Source: Setoptus koraiensis (taxonomy: Eukaryota; Animalia; Arthropoda). From it: a stretch of DNA of 64,000 nucleotides. The notes under the pieces are model-generated. The model had not been told where the DNA came from, made no database searches, and was given only the letters and a program-made list of their open reading frames with translations. Both the position numbers and the translations under genes were made by a program. The DNA lies in assembly GCA_048013815.1 (NCBI GenBank), contig CM106586.1, positions 8,618,001 to 8,682,000 on the forward strand, in the 5' to 3' direction. Shown here piece by piece: positions 21,741 to 34,177 of this stretch; the first letter of the stretch is position 1; each line of letters begins with the position of its first letter.

Positions 21741-23711
21741 ATGAACCTCAGTTCGCACAACAAGCTGGCCCTCGAACACCAGCACCACCACTACCCGTCG
21801 CACGCCGGTCAGCCGGGCAACCCGAACCAGCCCGGCCCAGGCGGCGGCGGCCCGCACCAGTCAAGCAACCAGTCGGGCAGCTCGCAGCACCTGCACGCCT
21901 ACATCAACTCACAACTGGCCGCGGCGAATCTGGCCCAGATGCTGTCGCACTCGATGGGCCCGTCGCTGGCCAGCATGAGCTCGGGCGCGGCCCGCGACCA
22001 GAGCCCGTGTCACCACTCACATTCGCACAACCCGCCCCACAGCCAGCACAGTCACCAGCATCAGCACAACAATCACCACAACAGTAACCAAAACAACCAG
22101 CACAATCACCACAATAGCAACCAAAACAGCCAGCACAATCATCAGAGTCAGAACCAGAACCCGAACCAGTCCAACGCCAACGGCCCGATGCAGTGCAGAA
22201 CCCAGAGCAGTCTGGAGCAGACGCTGCTGGCCGCGGACCAGGCCGCCGCGGACACCGCCAGCATGATGCAACTGGCCAACCAGGGCCTCACCGTTGAACA
22301 GTTGCAGCTGATCAATTGCAAAATAAGAGAGTTGCAGCAACAATCAGCCTGCAACAACAACCACATGATAAGCAGCCACTCATTATGCCATCAACAGCAG
22401 CAGCAGCAGCACAACAACCACAACAACAACCAATTAGCTATCAACGATTACGACCACGAGGTGCTCGACCTGACAGTCTGCTCAAGCTCAACGGCCAGCT
22501 CAACAACAAACTCGTCGTCGTCTCACTTGTCGTCGTCGTCGTCGTCGTCATCGTCGTCGTCGTCGTCGCTGTCGACGTCGTCGTCGTTGCTGTCGTCAAC
22601 TGTAGCGCAAGTTAACGGTCACCAATTAACTGGCAACGGCGTCGTGCAAACAAATGTGCCCGTTGGCCAAAACAACCCCAACGGCCCCACAACAGCGCCC
22701 TCCACAACAAAGCGATCGACCTCTCTATCGTCAGCCATATCGCACTCATCGTCTGAGTCGCCCTCGTCGTCGTCGTCGTCGTCGCCTGCCTCTTTCTCGC
22801 CGCCCTTCACAACGCCACTCATATCGTCATCCACCTCGTCATCGTTGTCGTTGGCCTCAACGGTCACCTGTTGTTCGCCGCCCGCCTCGCATCGTCACTC
22901 TATTCATTTGACGGCGGCAAATCATCATCATAGTCATCATCACCTACAACAACAACAACAGCAACAACAACAACAACAACAACAGAAGCTGCATCAGCAT
23001 CACAATCACCATCATCACCATCATCATCATCATTTGAATCATCATCATTTGAATCATCATCACCTACATCATCAGCACCAGCTGAGCCAACTGAACCAGT
23101 TGAATCAGCTGAGCCAGTTGAATCAATTGACCCAATTGACTCAGAACAATCCGTCCATCACTCAAGACGCGGCTCTCACTAACGAGATCAAGCCGAGAAA
23201 TCACAAAAAGTCACTCATGAAGCGCTACTGTAAGTTGTTACTGATTTGCTGTTATTTTCTATTTGATGTTATCGTCGATTCGCTGTTATCGTCGATTTGT
23301 TGTTATCCCTAATTTTGATTGCTATTACTGATTGCCCAATAGTTGCTGACTAACTCTATTCAAACTTTGACCGATCTTTATTTATAATTTGCGTCCAATC
23401 TCTAAACCAAACACGATCTTCCGCTTGAAACAACAGTCGACGCGGACTCTTCCAACACAGTGTCGCCCTATCTAGACAGGAAGCGCATCAATCGGCCCCT
23501 CACAGGTTAGTAGTCGATGCAACGATTGCGCAACAACCAATTAATTGCCAACAAATCACTAATGAGTTTCTCTCTAATATTCGTCTCATAATATAATTAA
23601 AATTAATTACAACTAACTGTAGGTAAACATGTGAAACACGGAACGGGTGCTAGTGTTTCCACGCTGGCCTCATTGAGGAACATGATCAAAGAGAGACAAC
23701 GGAGGCAATAG
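21741..23711 (+). CDS. unidentified low-complexity (Q/H/S/N-rich) protein, putative transcriptional regulator, 3 exons (21741-23229, 23437-23505, 23623-23711), about 548 aa
   Basis: Long ORF, then phase-consistent GT-AG introns giving the C-terminus NHKKSLMKRYFDADSSNTVSPYLDRKRINRPLTGKHVKHGTGASVSTLASLRNMIKERQRRQ. Contains a VLDLT CtBP-like motif. Confidence 0.72.
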
Positions 23712-25885
23712 ATAGAGGCCGTCAGCACACCGCACCCCACAGCACACCAAATACATCAAAGCGATGCGATATATTTATTGGAATATATTTATGGCAATAC
23801 TTAACTTATAATTATTGAAAGACATTATCATCAACATCATCATCTCTTGTCATCATTATTATCATTATCATTGTTGGCGCCATTCCTGTGGACCGAGCCA
23901 ATTGTCAGGGTCATCGCGCACCACAGAGGCCACTCGCAACCCGAAACACCAATTACCCAACCTTTTGCATTTCAACTGACCGGCGATCATGACGTGAGAG
24001 AGCAATCGTGGCGAGCTGAACCCGACCGGCGACCGTTGCCGTCGGTCGGGTGCACTGGTCACCGGCCAACGTCGGCCAAGATTTGCATCAATTGGCCACT
24101 GGTGGCTGCTCGAGACTTTTGATGAAACAAAAACGCATCGGGAATGCCCAATAAATTATTAAATAAACCAATAGTAATGATAATGACAATAACAGTAACA
24201 CTTGGTGCTTGTTGTTTGCCTTGCTTTCAATTCGCGAGCACCACCGATGGCGCCCATATACTATATGGCATATAGGCACTTTTCGTGCGTTGTCCCGTCG
24301 CCTCGCTCGTCGTCCAAATTGTCGTCTTATCGAGAAGTCGCTTCTTTTGCAACTGCGCGCCCAACAGTCGATTTAGCTGATTGGTTTAGCGGTTGGTTTG
24401 GCGATTGGTTGAGCTGATTGGTGCGACTCGCGTCGCAGCGCGGGCCCGTGGCGGGGTGTGCCGACGGAGAGTAAAAAGTGTTGTTGTCGTGCTCATTTGC
24501 TTTGCTTTACCTCGCATACATCTGAACTGCTGTAATTGATGGCCGTTGACCGAGTATTAATAACTAGATCACCAGATTTGCGGGCACGTACGCAGGTAAA
24601 AAGAGTTGGCGCTCCGTTGGCATAGACGACATGACCAGGGCATCATTAGTTGGCACGCTCACGGTTTGTTGGCGGCCTTTAAATTGTTGTTATGTTATGC
24701 TGGCCGCCGACACGAGCTGAGATAAATAAAAATACCGGCGAAAAAGAGATAAAAAACAACGACAGAACAATGAGCCGGTCATCGTCGGCCGTTTGCGGCC
24801 GGTTGAGCCATAAAACGGCAACAGGTAATTTACAATTTGCATGTTGACAGTTGAGACTGCGAACTTGAGCGGGAACAAAACTTTTGGTGTTTGTATAAGT
24901 GTTTTTTGTTTGCCTTTGTGTGTTTGTGCGTGTTGAACTCTTTCGGGCCGTTAAAATCTCTGCCGCTTAATGGCTTCGCCGTTATTTTGATCAAGCTCGG
25001 GCCGGCGCCTAAATGGCAATCGTCGCATATAACGTCGTCCATAACTGTGGCGCGACAAGACCCGCCACCGTCGTTCCACATTTATGGCGATTGTTTTCTG
25101 ATTATCTAGCGTCTCGAACGCCGGCCGACATCCGGCCAAGACGGGCTCCGATTTGTTGATCTAGTGCAGCGATCGTGCGTTCGCCGCGAACGCCTGTTGG
25201 TGCATGCGTCATGTACACATATCGTATATACCAACGGTGGTTCGCGGCAAACACTTGATGGGCACAGTTGCTCGTTGGAGTTCATTTGATCTTGAGTAAA
25301 TCAATCACCGTTCGAGCAGCAACTCCTACGCACGTTGACTGACACTTAAATAACAATTGTCAACTTTAAACGGACACAGCGAGTGAATGAGCGACGCGCA
25401 CAAAATTGTCACATTGTGTGTCATTTTGAGGCGCCTTCGACAAACATGATTGACGCAAACCAAGTGATGCTGCCACCGACGCCGCCGCCGCCGCCGCCGC
25501 CATCAGCTGCTGATGAATCGAGAATCGGTAAATCTCGAATGAGTGATGGGCCCAACAGCAATATAAACACACACACACACACACATAGGAATACACATCG
25601 TGGGCCCAACAGGGCGACGGGCCAACGGGCCAGAGATTACGCTCCAGTAGAGACAATGCACATATATGTCAGTGTGTTACAGTTATTGCTGACAGTCGCC
25701 CGCGACAGTTACTCTGGGCAGTTGCCCGCGACAGTTATTCCGCTGGCGGCTTCTGCAATCGTTGCCCTGATTACCGGTGTTAATTCGCCAGTTTGGCGCT
25801 GCCGGCGCCCCTGCAGCCGGTGCCTGTTCCGGCGGTAGTGGGTCAGCACGCGCCTCCCCGACGCCGGCCGCTGCCGGCGAAACCC

Positions 25886-25990
25886 GAGTCGCGAGTTGCG
25901 CGAGTTGCGCGAGTTGCACGAGTTGCGCGTCCGAGTCGCGACTTGCGCGTTTGAGTTTCGAGTTGCGCGTTTGAGTTGCGACTTGCGCGA
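25886..25990. repeat. degenerate GAGTTGCGC tandem repeats
   Basis: Directly visible. Confidence 0.8.
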
Positions 25991-26091
25991 CCTGGAACCG
26001 GCCCAAATCGATTCGTCAGACTGTTCCGCGGTCGCGCCGTCGCCCGCATCCCGTAGCGGCCGTCTCGGGCGCTCCCGAGATTGCGGGCCGC

Positions 26092-26147
26092 GTTGCCAGT
26101 GGGCAGAGGTTGCCAGTGGGCCGAGGTTGCCAGTGGGCCGAGGTTGC
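26092..26147. repeat. 17-bp tandem repeat GTTGCCAGTGGGCCGAG, about 3.3 copies
   Basis: Directly visible. Confidence 0.85.
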
Positions 26148-26211
26148 GCGACGCAACTTCCGAGCCCGCCCGCACCTGAGCGGGCCCCTCGGAAGTTGCG
26201 TTCGCGCCAAC
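26143..26211. other. 69-nt hairpin with a perfect 14-bp core stem
   Basis: ACGCAACTTCCGAG (26151-26164) is the exact reverse complement of CTCGGAAGTTGCGT (26188-26201). The stem extends by 8 bp with two single-base bulges. Confidence 0.6.
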
Positions 26212-26885
26212 GCGCCGACACAATGCAACTCGTTACAGCTGGCGACGAGTGGTCGGTATCTGGTGGCAATCAGCGCCAATCGTCTCTGTTTATCTCTGGC
26301 GGGCATCGGGCCAAACTTGTGCCGCATGCGTGCCCAGCGGCAATTGCTGTCGTGTTTGCATAAATGCGACGCACGGCCACCGTGGCCCGACCAATTCGTC
26401 GAGATTTATTGAGATTAAGCCAGCTATTGAGATTGGGCCACCACTCAGCATTGGGCCCACGCTGGCCGACAACTACGACGACTACAGAAGAATCGTAGTG
26501 CCCTGAGCGCCGTTATTCATTAACATTGGCATTATCATGGGCGGCCACAACAATTGCGGGCCGCAATTCCGGAAGCCGCGGATGATTGTATAATGCGTGG
26601 GCGTAGTGTGCCACGGGCAGCACAACAACGATGCACGGCTCGCGACAGCGCACCACAAATGAATAGCAATGAGTGACTCTCATTCATATTCATATTTTTT
26701 GCCTGCTCGTGTTACTTCGTGCCACTCCACTGGCCGAGCTGCAATGGCTCACACATCCTTCTTAACTCTTAACTCTGCCCGCCTGCGCCCGCCATAAATA
26801 TCGAACGGCCCCATTCCGGTTCGGTTTATATTCATTAGTGAGTTAGTTTATGAGTTTGTGAGCCTGTTTGGCCACGTCGCCCACA

Positions 26886-26983
26886 TCAACCGATCGCCCA
26901 ACTCGACCGATCGCCCAACTCGACCGATCGCCCAACTCGACCGATCGCCCAACTCGACCGATCGCCCAAATCAACCGATCGCC
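26886..26983. repeat. 17-bp minisatellite TCGACCGATCGCCCAAC, about 5.8 copies
   Basis: Directly visible. Confidence 0.93.
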
Positions 26984-27443
26984 GGTCACTGTGCGCTGGT
27001 CACCATACACTGGTCACTATGTGGTCACTGTGCAGCATGTGGGTACTATGTGCAGTGGTCACTGAGTGGTGGTCAGTGGACGATATTCGGTCAGCCATTA
27101 GAGCCCCGTTCGCGCCGCTATCGCGAGCATCGCAAGTGGTCAGCAGTGGTCAATGGTGCCGGTTGCTGGTCGATGCTGGCCAGTGGGCAGCGGACAGCGG
27201 ACAGCGGTGAGTGGGCAACGGCCAGTGGGCAGCGGTGAGTGGGCAAAGGCAGTAAATCATTCACTATGAAATAAATGGTCAAATGTGTGTCAACATGAAA
27301 CGCGTGCTCGCGCCAATTGCTTTATTGGTGCGAGCGTGTACGTGCGTGTAGCACCCTCGAATCGGGCGACACTCCACGGCAAACTGTTGACCGTTACTCC
27401 AGCTTGTCCAGCAGTTTATTGCGACTGGTCGTTTTTTACCGAC

Positions 27444-27529
27444 CTTCGAACACTTTACTTCGAACACTTTACTTCGAACACTTTACTTCGAACACTTTAC
27501 TTCGAACACTTTACTCCGAACACTTTATG
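27444..27529. repeat. 14/15-bp minisatellite CTTCGAACACTTT(T)A, 6 copies
   Basis: Unit lengths 14,15,14,15,14,14. Confidence 0.93.
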
Positions 27530-27769
27530 CACGCACTGACCTGTGCTGGCTCGTGTGTGTCTGACAGTCGGCCCAATCCAATGGCTTCCTGGAACCCGTT
27601 GGATGCTGGGCAGACCCATCCAGCGGACAGTATCAGTTGACCCGTCCGCTGGATGGTATCAGTTAACATTGGCCGGTGCCAATTGTTTGATTGTTCCGGG
27701 AACGAATAAAACCGGCCGAAGCAGCGGGCCCGTGCTGCCAACTGGCCGCTCCGCAGTTATCGTCAGCAG

Positions 27770-27829
27770 CAATCGGTCAGCGACGATCGGTCAGCGACGA
27801 TCGGTCAGCGACAATCGGTCAGCAACGAT
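27770..27829. repeat. 14-bp minisatellite CGATCGGTCAGCGA, about 4.3 copies
   Basis: Directly visible. Confidence 0.9.
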
Positions 27830-28628
27830 TTGCTGCAGACACGCGCCCGACATTAAGCGGCCACAGGTTGACAACAGGTCAACGAGTGGTCAATTAATTA
27901 GCCGTTCCGAAGTGCCTCGAAGTGCTCCAGAGTGCTCCGAAATGCTCTGATGTGATGATGTGTGAATTAGAGCTGACCCGAACTCGAACAAACAATCAAG
28001 GCACTGTAGTGAGCAGCCGGTGCGCGCTGGAGTCAACAGGTAAACGGCGCACTTACAACCCAACAAACCAGGTAAACCGTACAACGGCCGCTGCTGTAAC
28101 CCTGTCACTTGCGAGCCGACTGGATATAAGTTGTCACAAGTGGCAACTTGAAAGCGATTCACTCAGGCTGTCGCACTTGCGGGACGTCTTCGCTGTCACA
28201 TAATGTCAGTTTACGTAACGGTATAATACATAACGGTCATACATGTATAGATATGACCGTTATGCCGGCACCGACTGGCATTACACAAGCAACTGTGTGC
28301 ACGAGACAGCCTGACAGCCGAGTGCGGGTAAGCCGGTCAGTTGCTTACTCACTGGCTACTTATTCGCAGTGTTTGTTGATTTGTCCCAATTTCATTTGTT
28401 TATTCCGGCTTGTTCGGCTAGGCGAGTTGTGTCTGTTTGCGCACCGTTTTCTGGCTACGTTGTCACACTGTCCCGTTGCGATTGCCGCGAAGCCGCGCTA
28501 AATGCGTAATTGATACCTCGGGCCAAACCAACAACAGTGTGTTTAATCTACTTTGGATGGCTTTCTAGTGATGCCGGCACCCGATCGATCATTGCGGCTT
28601 TGTCAACCCGAATCGACTGGTCGCTTCC

Positions 28629-28706
28629 ATCAGCCCTGTCAGTTGTATCAGCTCTGTCAGTTGTATCAGCTCTGTCAGTTGTATCAGCTCTGTCGGCTCT
28701 GTCAGC
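28629..28706. repeat. 18-bp minisatellite ATCAGCTCTGTCAGTTGT, about 4 copies
   Basis: Directly visible. Confidence 0.9.
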
Positions 28707-29084
28707 TGCACCGGTTCTGTCGGGGCCCGATCCGGTCGCATTAGGTGGCCCACTCACTGTCAGGCGATAATATGCTGCGTAACAAGTCGCTTTGTTATTG
28801 TTTGCCAGGCCAGGGGCCACGGCAACAAAGTAGCGAACAGTGGCGCAAGGTGACGCAAGCCGCCCCACGCCAACCCGAAGCAACCCGAAGCGACGCTGAG
28901 CAACGCTGAGCAGCGGGCCCAGAAGCGGGCCCATAGGCAATCGACGACAACAGCCAGTTGCCGGCGAGCAACGGAACCGGTTCGCAACAAACGGAAGCGA
29001 GCGCAACTACTTATTGCTGTCACTAATTCAATTCAATGAAAATTCAATTTATTTCAATATATTTCAATATGTTGCGCGGTTCGT

Positions 29085-29173
29085 CTCAGGTGACGGGCCC
29101 GTCACCTGAGTTGTGACTCTCATCATGAGAGTCTCATGTTGGCGACAGTGTCGCGCTGCTGGCGACACTGTCG
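29085..29173. repeat. cluster of nested palindromes, including a perfect 26-bp palindrome
   Basis: CTCAGGTGACGGGCCCGTCACCTGAG 29085-29110; GACTCTCAT-C-ATGAGAGTC 29115-29133; CATGAGA-G-TCTCATG 29124-29138; 12-bp inverted repeat 29143-29154/29162-29173. Confidence 0.9.
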
Positions 29174-32100
29174 ACACGACAAAAAGATTGCAAAAGACGC
29201 GCTTATCCGCAAACTAACGCAACACGTTAGCATCTCTTTGCAGCAGCAGTGGCGACACCGGCAACCCATTGGTTGTTTCGCGCGACAAACCGCACGCACC
29301 ATTATTTGTTGTGTACTGTGGAGTACGCGCACTACGTGCAAGCTAATTTATTAGTTCACGTAACAGTTACTTTTTGCGCCATCGACGCCAGCGCACCCAT
29401 GACGCGCTGCAACGTATGCAGCGTATGCAGTGTATGACGCAACGCAACGCAGCGAATGACGCAACGCAGCACTCCAGGTGATGCGCGGGTTGCAACTTTG
29501 ACCGGTTCCCACTTGCAATTGCTTGCGTTTCCTCCTGCGTGCGCGCGACCATGATCATTAACAGCATTAGCCATTGATCAATTGTCGCGCGAGTCGCGCC
29601 GACAACAACAAGTTACCCGACTCGTCGCCGGGCCCCGACCGACGGCTGCTCGGGCCGCTCGGGCTGCTGCGACCTGCGATCTGCGGGCCTCTATGGTGAG
29701 TGGGCCCGTTATTTCGTTGTGCGTCTCGTCATTTATTCCCTTTCGAGTTGCGGCCAGCCCGATGCTGCGCTTCGGCCACGTCGCGATTCGGCGATGCTGC
29801 GATGCCGCGATGCTGCGATGCTGCGATGTCGCCATGTTGCGCTGTTCAATTGGCAACTTGATTGTTGGTGTCCGCAACAAGAGGCAACCAGCAGCGTTGC
29901 CCCACTCGAGTGGCCGCTGTCAGCCGTCGTCAGCTGATCGCAACTGTCAATGGGCACGCCAGCAGCATTACGCCCCTTGCGCACTGTATGATCCAGTTAA
30001 CGGTTCATTTGCTTTTGCTTTTGGTGCCATCTCAGCACGCACACACACGCACGCACACCAACTCACCGGGAGTTACGTGCAGATCAGGTGTGAATAGTTG
30101 GGTATAGTATATAGTTGAGCCACGTCAGCCACATCACAACAATGCTGCACAACACGAGTGCTATGGCACAATGCCATATATCCGACCGGAAACAAGTTGC
30201 AATGTGGGTGCTTGTTGGTGCCAGCGTTGTCATATTGTGCCAATTGTGCCACTGGCATGTCTCTGTTCCGTTGTCAATTGTGCCGGCGCCACTTACCGTT
30301 AGTGTGCGGCTGTGTGCGTGTGTGCGGCTGTGTGCGTGTGTGCGTGTGCGTGTGCGCGGGTGTCAATAGGTGCCAATTGTTTCAGTGTTTTAGTCGACTC
30401 ATAATGTGTCAGTATCCGGCCCAAACTCGCCAAATGAGCGTCTCGCAGTCTCTAGCGGCCCCTCGCGGCCGACTGAACGTGGCGACCGCCTGAACGCGGC
30501 ACCCGCACGCCCAAACTGACTGCCCTATGGCGCCATAGACAGTCCATAGGTACAGAGTGACACTATAGACTCTATAGTACAGAGCGCTGGTGCCGCTCAC
30601 AGGGCCCCAAAGGTGCAACGAGCGCCCATCGCCAGCTCTGACACTGACGCCTGGTGGCGGTGGGCGGCAACAGTTTGCTGACAGTTGTGAGTGGCACGGG
30701 CTCATCTCGAACCAGCGGCCCCAATACTGACACCTGTCGGCGCTGGTTGGCTCGTTGGCTATTCACTCAACTTGAGAGACTCAAGTCAACAACTAGCTCA
30801 AGTCAGTTGGTGGGCGAAAATCGCCTTTGGTCAGCGCATCGCAGCCAATGTCGTTGAGTGTGGTCACTTTCGAACGGCCACTTGGAGCTGATGTGATCAC
30901 CAATTTAACTTGTTCGACTGTTGCTTGTCTAATTTGATTCTCATTCTCATTTTGGCTGTCTCAGTGAAACGAGTCGAATCAGACCGACTGCTCGTCTGCA
31001 TCTTCGGTTCAATCACCCAGCCTGTGAATTACTTTCAGCCGCATAATAACTTGTCTATTGACGAGGTGAGTCAAAATTGATTGACTGACAACGCACACAG
31101 TCTGGCATGCAGTGAACAGTGTCACATGTAACGATGATGTCATGTGCGTACGTGCTCGGAATGTCAAAGCTCGCAACTCATCACTCACGTCAGTATCGCT
31201 GGTCAAGCGACCTGTTATTATTATTATTATTATTATCAGCCATGAGTGGCCAGTCCGATGGCCGACTCATGACTCGCCTGCATCGACTCACTGATTGGCA
31301 TGAGATGATTCCATCGGCTCAGGTGAGCACCAACGCAATAGCAAGTCGCTAGGGCCAGTTGTTATTATTGTCACTAGTGGCCCAGGGTCAATGCATCCTA
31401 ACTAGATCTGCCCAATCAATTTGCGTCAATGGAACGTTACAATCTAAAACGGTCGCTCTTGCGTCAGCACAAACTTGTAATTAATTTTGCCATTTTGCCA
31501 TAATAAAATATGGCCAACATAAGCTATGGTTACTATTTTAAGAATGTGTTTTAGATGCGATGCCCATTGCCCATACGCACTGGCTTGCTAGTGGCAGGTT
31601 CAAATAAATGACTGTCAATATACTATTATTAGTTGGATATCATGCAAGCTGTAAGCACCAGGACGACGTTTTTCTGGAGGCTAAAACACTGAACGAAATT
31701 GAGCAAATTGAACAACTAATACATCAAACATAACTCATGTTAGATAATAAATAAATCAGAGAGACACAGACATTATACCAAGTCGCGTAATAGTGGTGCA
31801 ATTTGCCACTAATAGGTCTCTGCTGGCACAGTATCAGTTGTCGGTATTAAGTATGGGAGTGAGTCACCGGCTTGCTTGAGTTCTGCAAATAAACAACAAG
31901 GAAATTGTTATAGTTCAAGTCACCACAAGCTGCTGCTGCCAACACGAAATGGAAAAATCTTGATTTCTTTCCTACTGTACGCAACATATACATTACTTAC
32001 ATACACTAACTACTGCCTATTATGACTAGGGGTGGCCTTATGTGAGCAAAGGGCTCCCGCCCGAACAATATCAAATAGAAATAATACTATTAACGAGCTG

Positions 32101-32985
32101 TTCACTGTCTCTGTCATCTCGGCTCGAGGCTTCTCCTAAACCGTAAGATGCTGTCCCTATCGTGATGATGTAAACACACACACACACGTCATGTAGCTGA
32201 CTGGTTACTATTTTAAATCTAACCTTTTCTTAAGGCTACACTATAAAACATTTTAGCAACAACATTGAAGCCGGGACAAACAGCCAACTACCGACAGACA
32301 ACAGATCACTCCTCAAAAGTCACTGCAAACAACTTGTGACACACTAATTCCATAAATGAGATATCTTAGTTAGTGTGTGTGTCTAGATTTGTTTACATCA
32401 CAAATAACTTAGAACAACAAAAAGAAATTCTTCGACCATGATTATATAATCCTGTTGTTTCGAGGTGGAGTCTGGAAGTAGTATTACCAGTAGGCTAGAC
32501 TGGTGGAGCTAGATCAACAAAGAACTCATAGCCTAGGCTAGGCTAAAACGTCATGCAGATAAAATTATAAATTCGATGTTATAAGTCAATGGGAGTGATA
32601 TTGTCGTTGTCGTCTGTTGAGTCTGTTCCAAATTACCCAACATCCACTCTGATGTATGATAGTCAAGGTAATTGTTGCCGAAGACAACAACCGATAGTGA
32701 GTACATATGTGATACGTTGCTTCGAAAAGTTTCAAATTAAATTGGGTATTTTGTATCAGTCATTACTTGTCCAGCTAGCTAAAGTTACTCAAAGTATTAC
32801 ACTCAATCGAATAGTGATATTCATTGGCATCAACAGCTACTCGTACAGCAAGCTCGTAATAGCAATAACTTTACCCATCAGCCGAAGAGAACTCATCAGA
32901 TTCCAGCGTCATAATCAACACGTCACTTCACTTTTGAGCGAACTTATAACCTACAAATTTGTAACAACTCCATTGACATTTCAAA

Positions 32986-33801
32986 ATGGTTAGACTAATC
33001 AGAGAGACAATGGAACAAACAAAAACTTTGATTTTTGTCCTTTGTGTTGGCTTTATTCTAATGCTTGGTTGTTCAATTGTAGCCGATGGCCTACAAGCCC
33101 AAGCACCACCTCTAGTTGAGCGCATTCAAAAAGAAGATGGCAACCACCTTGGAGTGCACGTTCCGTAAGTACTTTGTACCCCTATAATTTCAACCTATTG
33201 TCCATTTTATGTAAATTTGTAACTGAGATACAATCCCATCTATCGTTCAACCTAACTGGAATGGTTTCGAAACAGTTTGTTCTATGATATGAATTTGGAC
33301 AGAAAGAACACAACTGGCGAATCATCAATGAACATCAATGTTCTGGGAGGTCTTGTGAGAATATTCAAGGATCGCGTCAAAGGTCCCGATGGATCATTTG
33401 CTGGCCCACTACAAGTATCGATATTCGGTACGCCTGTTTATGACAATACACGCAATCCTCTCGCGACAACAAACAGAATAAATGGTGAGCCAGTAGAAAA
33501 CAATGAGATATCTTCCGGTGCCTCAGCGAATCTCAACCAACAACAATTGCGCCCTGTGACGGGTGGCTCAAATGCTCTGCCTATAGTGGGAGACATATTG
33601 TCGCGAATAGGACAAATGTTACAATCGCTCCAGCGTCCCATACAACAGCAACAGGCGGCGCAACTGACACCACAACAGCAGAATTCAGCTTTCAATCCGA
33701 AGAACCTGATCCCAACTGGCCTAACTGGCCCAACTGGCCCCACCGGTCCAAGTGGCCCGAGTGATTCTGTTCCGTCACAGTCGAGAGTGGCCGGCTTTTG
33801 A
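32986..33801 (+). CDS. small secreted protein of unknown function, 2 exons (32986-33164, 33276-33801), about 234 aa
   Basis: Hydrophobic signal peptide (TLIFVLCVGFILMLGCSIVADG). A GTAAGT...AACAG intron in phase 2 joins GVHVP to LFYDMNL. The tail is Q-rich with GPT/GPS triplets. Confidence 0.78.
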
Positions 33802-34146
33802 GCGAGTTCTTTTCCGGATTGATTATTGTTTAATCACTTTTTCATTCATCAGATTATGTGCGAAAATTCACCGATTGATTGTAAACATTCGACAGCGCAA
33901 CCGATGACAACTAAACATCAACAAAATCTTTGTAATAAAATCTTTGTAAAGCTCAAGTGGCTGATCGTCAGCGAATAAACACAAACGGAAGAAAGTGACT
34001 CATGGCCGAGATTGATACATAAATCAAGATAAAAGTAATAAAGAAAAAAAAAAGAAAAAACGCTTTCAAACTTGGCGCCATCTCGCCTACGTTAATCAAC
34101 TATGCGAGAGAATTTTTTCGGCTGCATTCTCTTCACATCATCATAT

Positions 34147-34177
<31 letters not shown>

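Noticed and set aside
26886-27529. CRISPR-like appearance of the short tandem arrays
   Set aside because: No unique spacers and no cas genes, in a eukaryotic context; these are minisatellites.
23847-31352. Numerous 60-190 aa ORFs on both strands
   Set aside because: Expected in GC-rich repetitive DNA; mostly non-ATG starts, repeat-derived peptides and no motifs.
32589-33125. ORFs 32589-32993 (+) and 32928-33125 (-)
   Set aside because: They overlap the leader and first exon of the better-supported secreted-protein gene and show no motifs.
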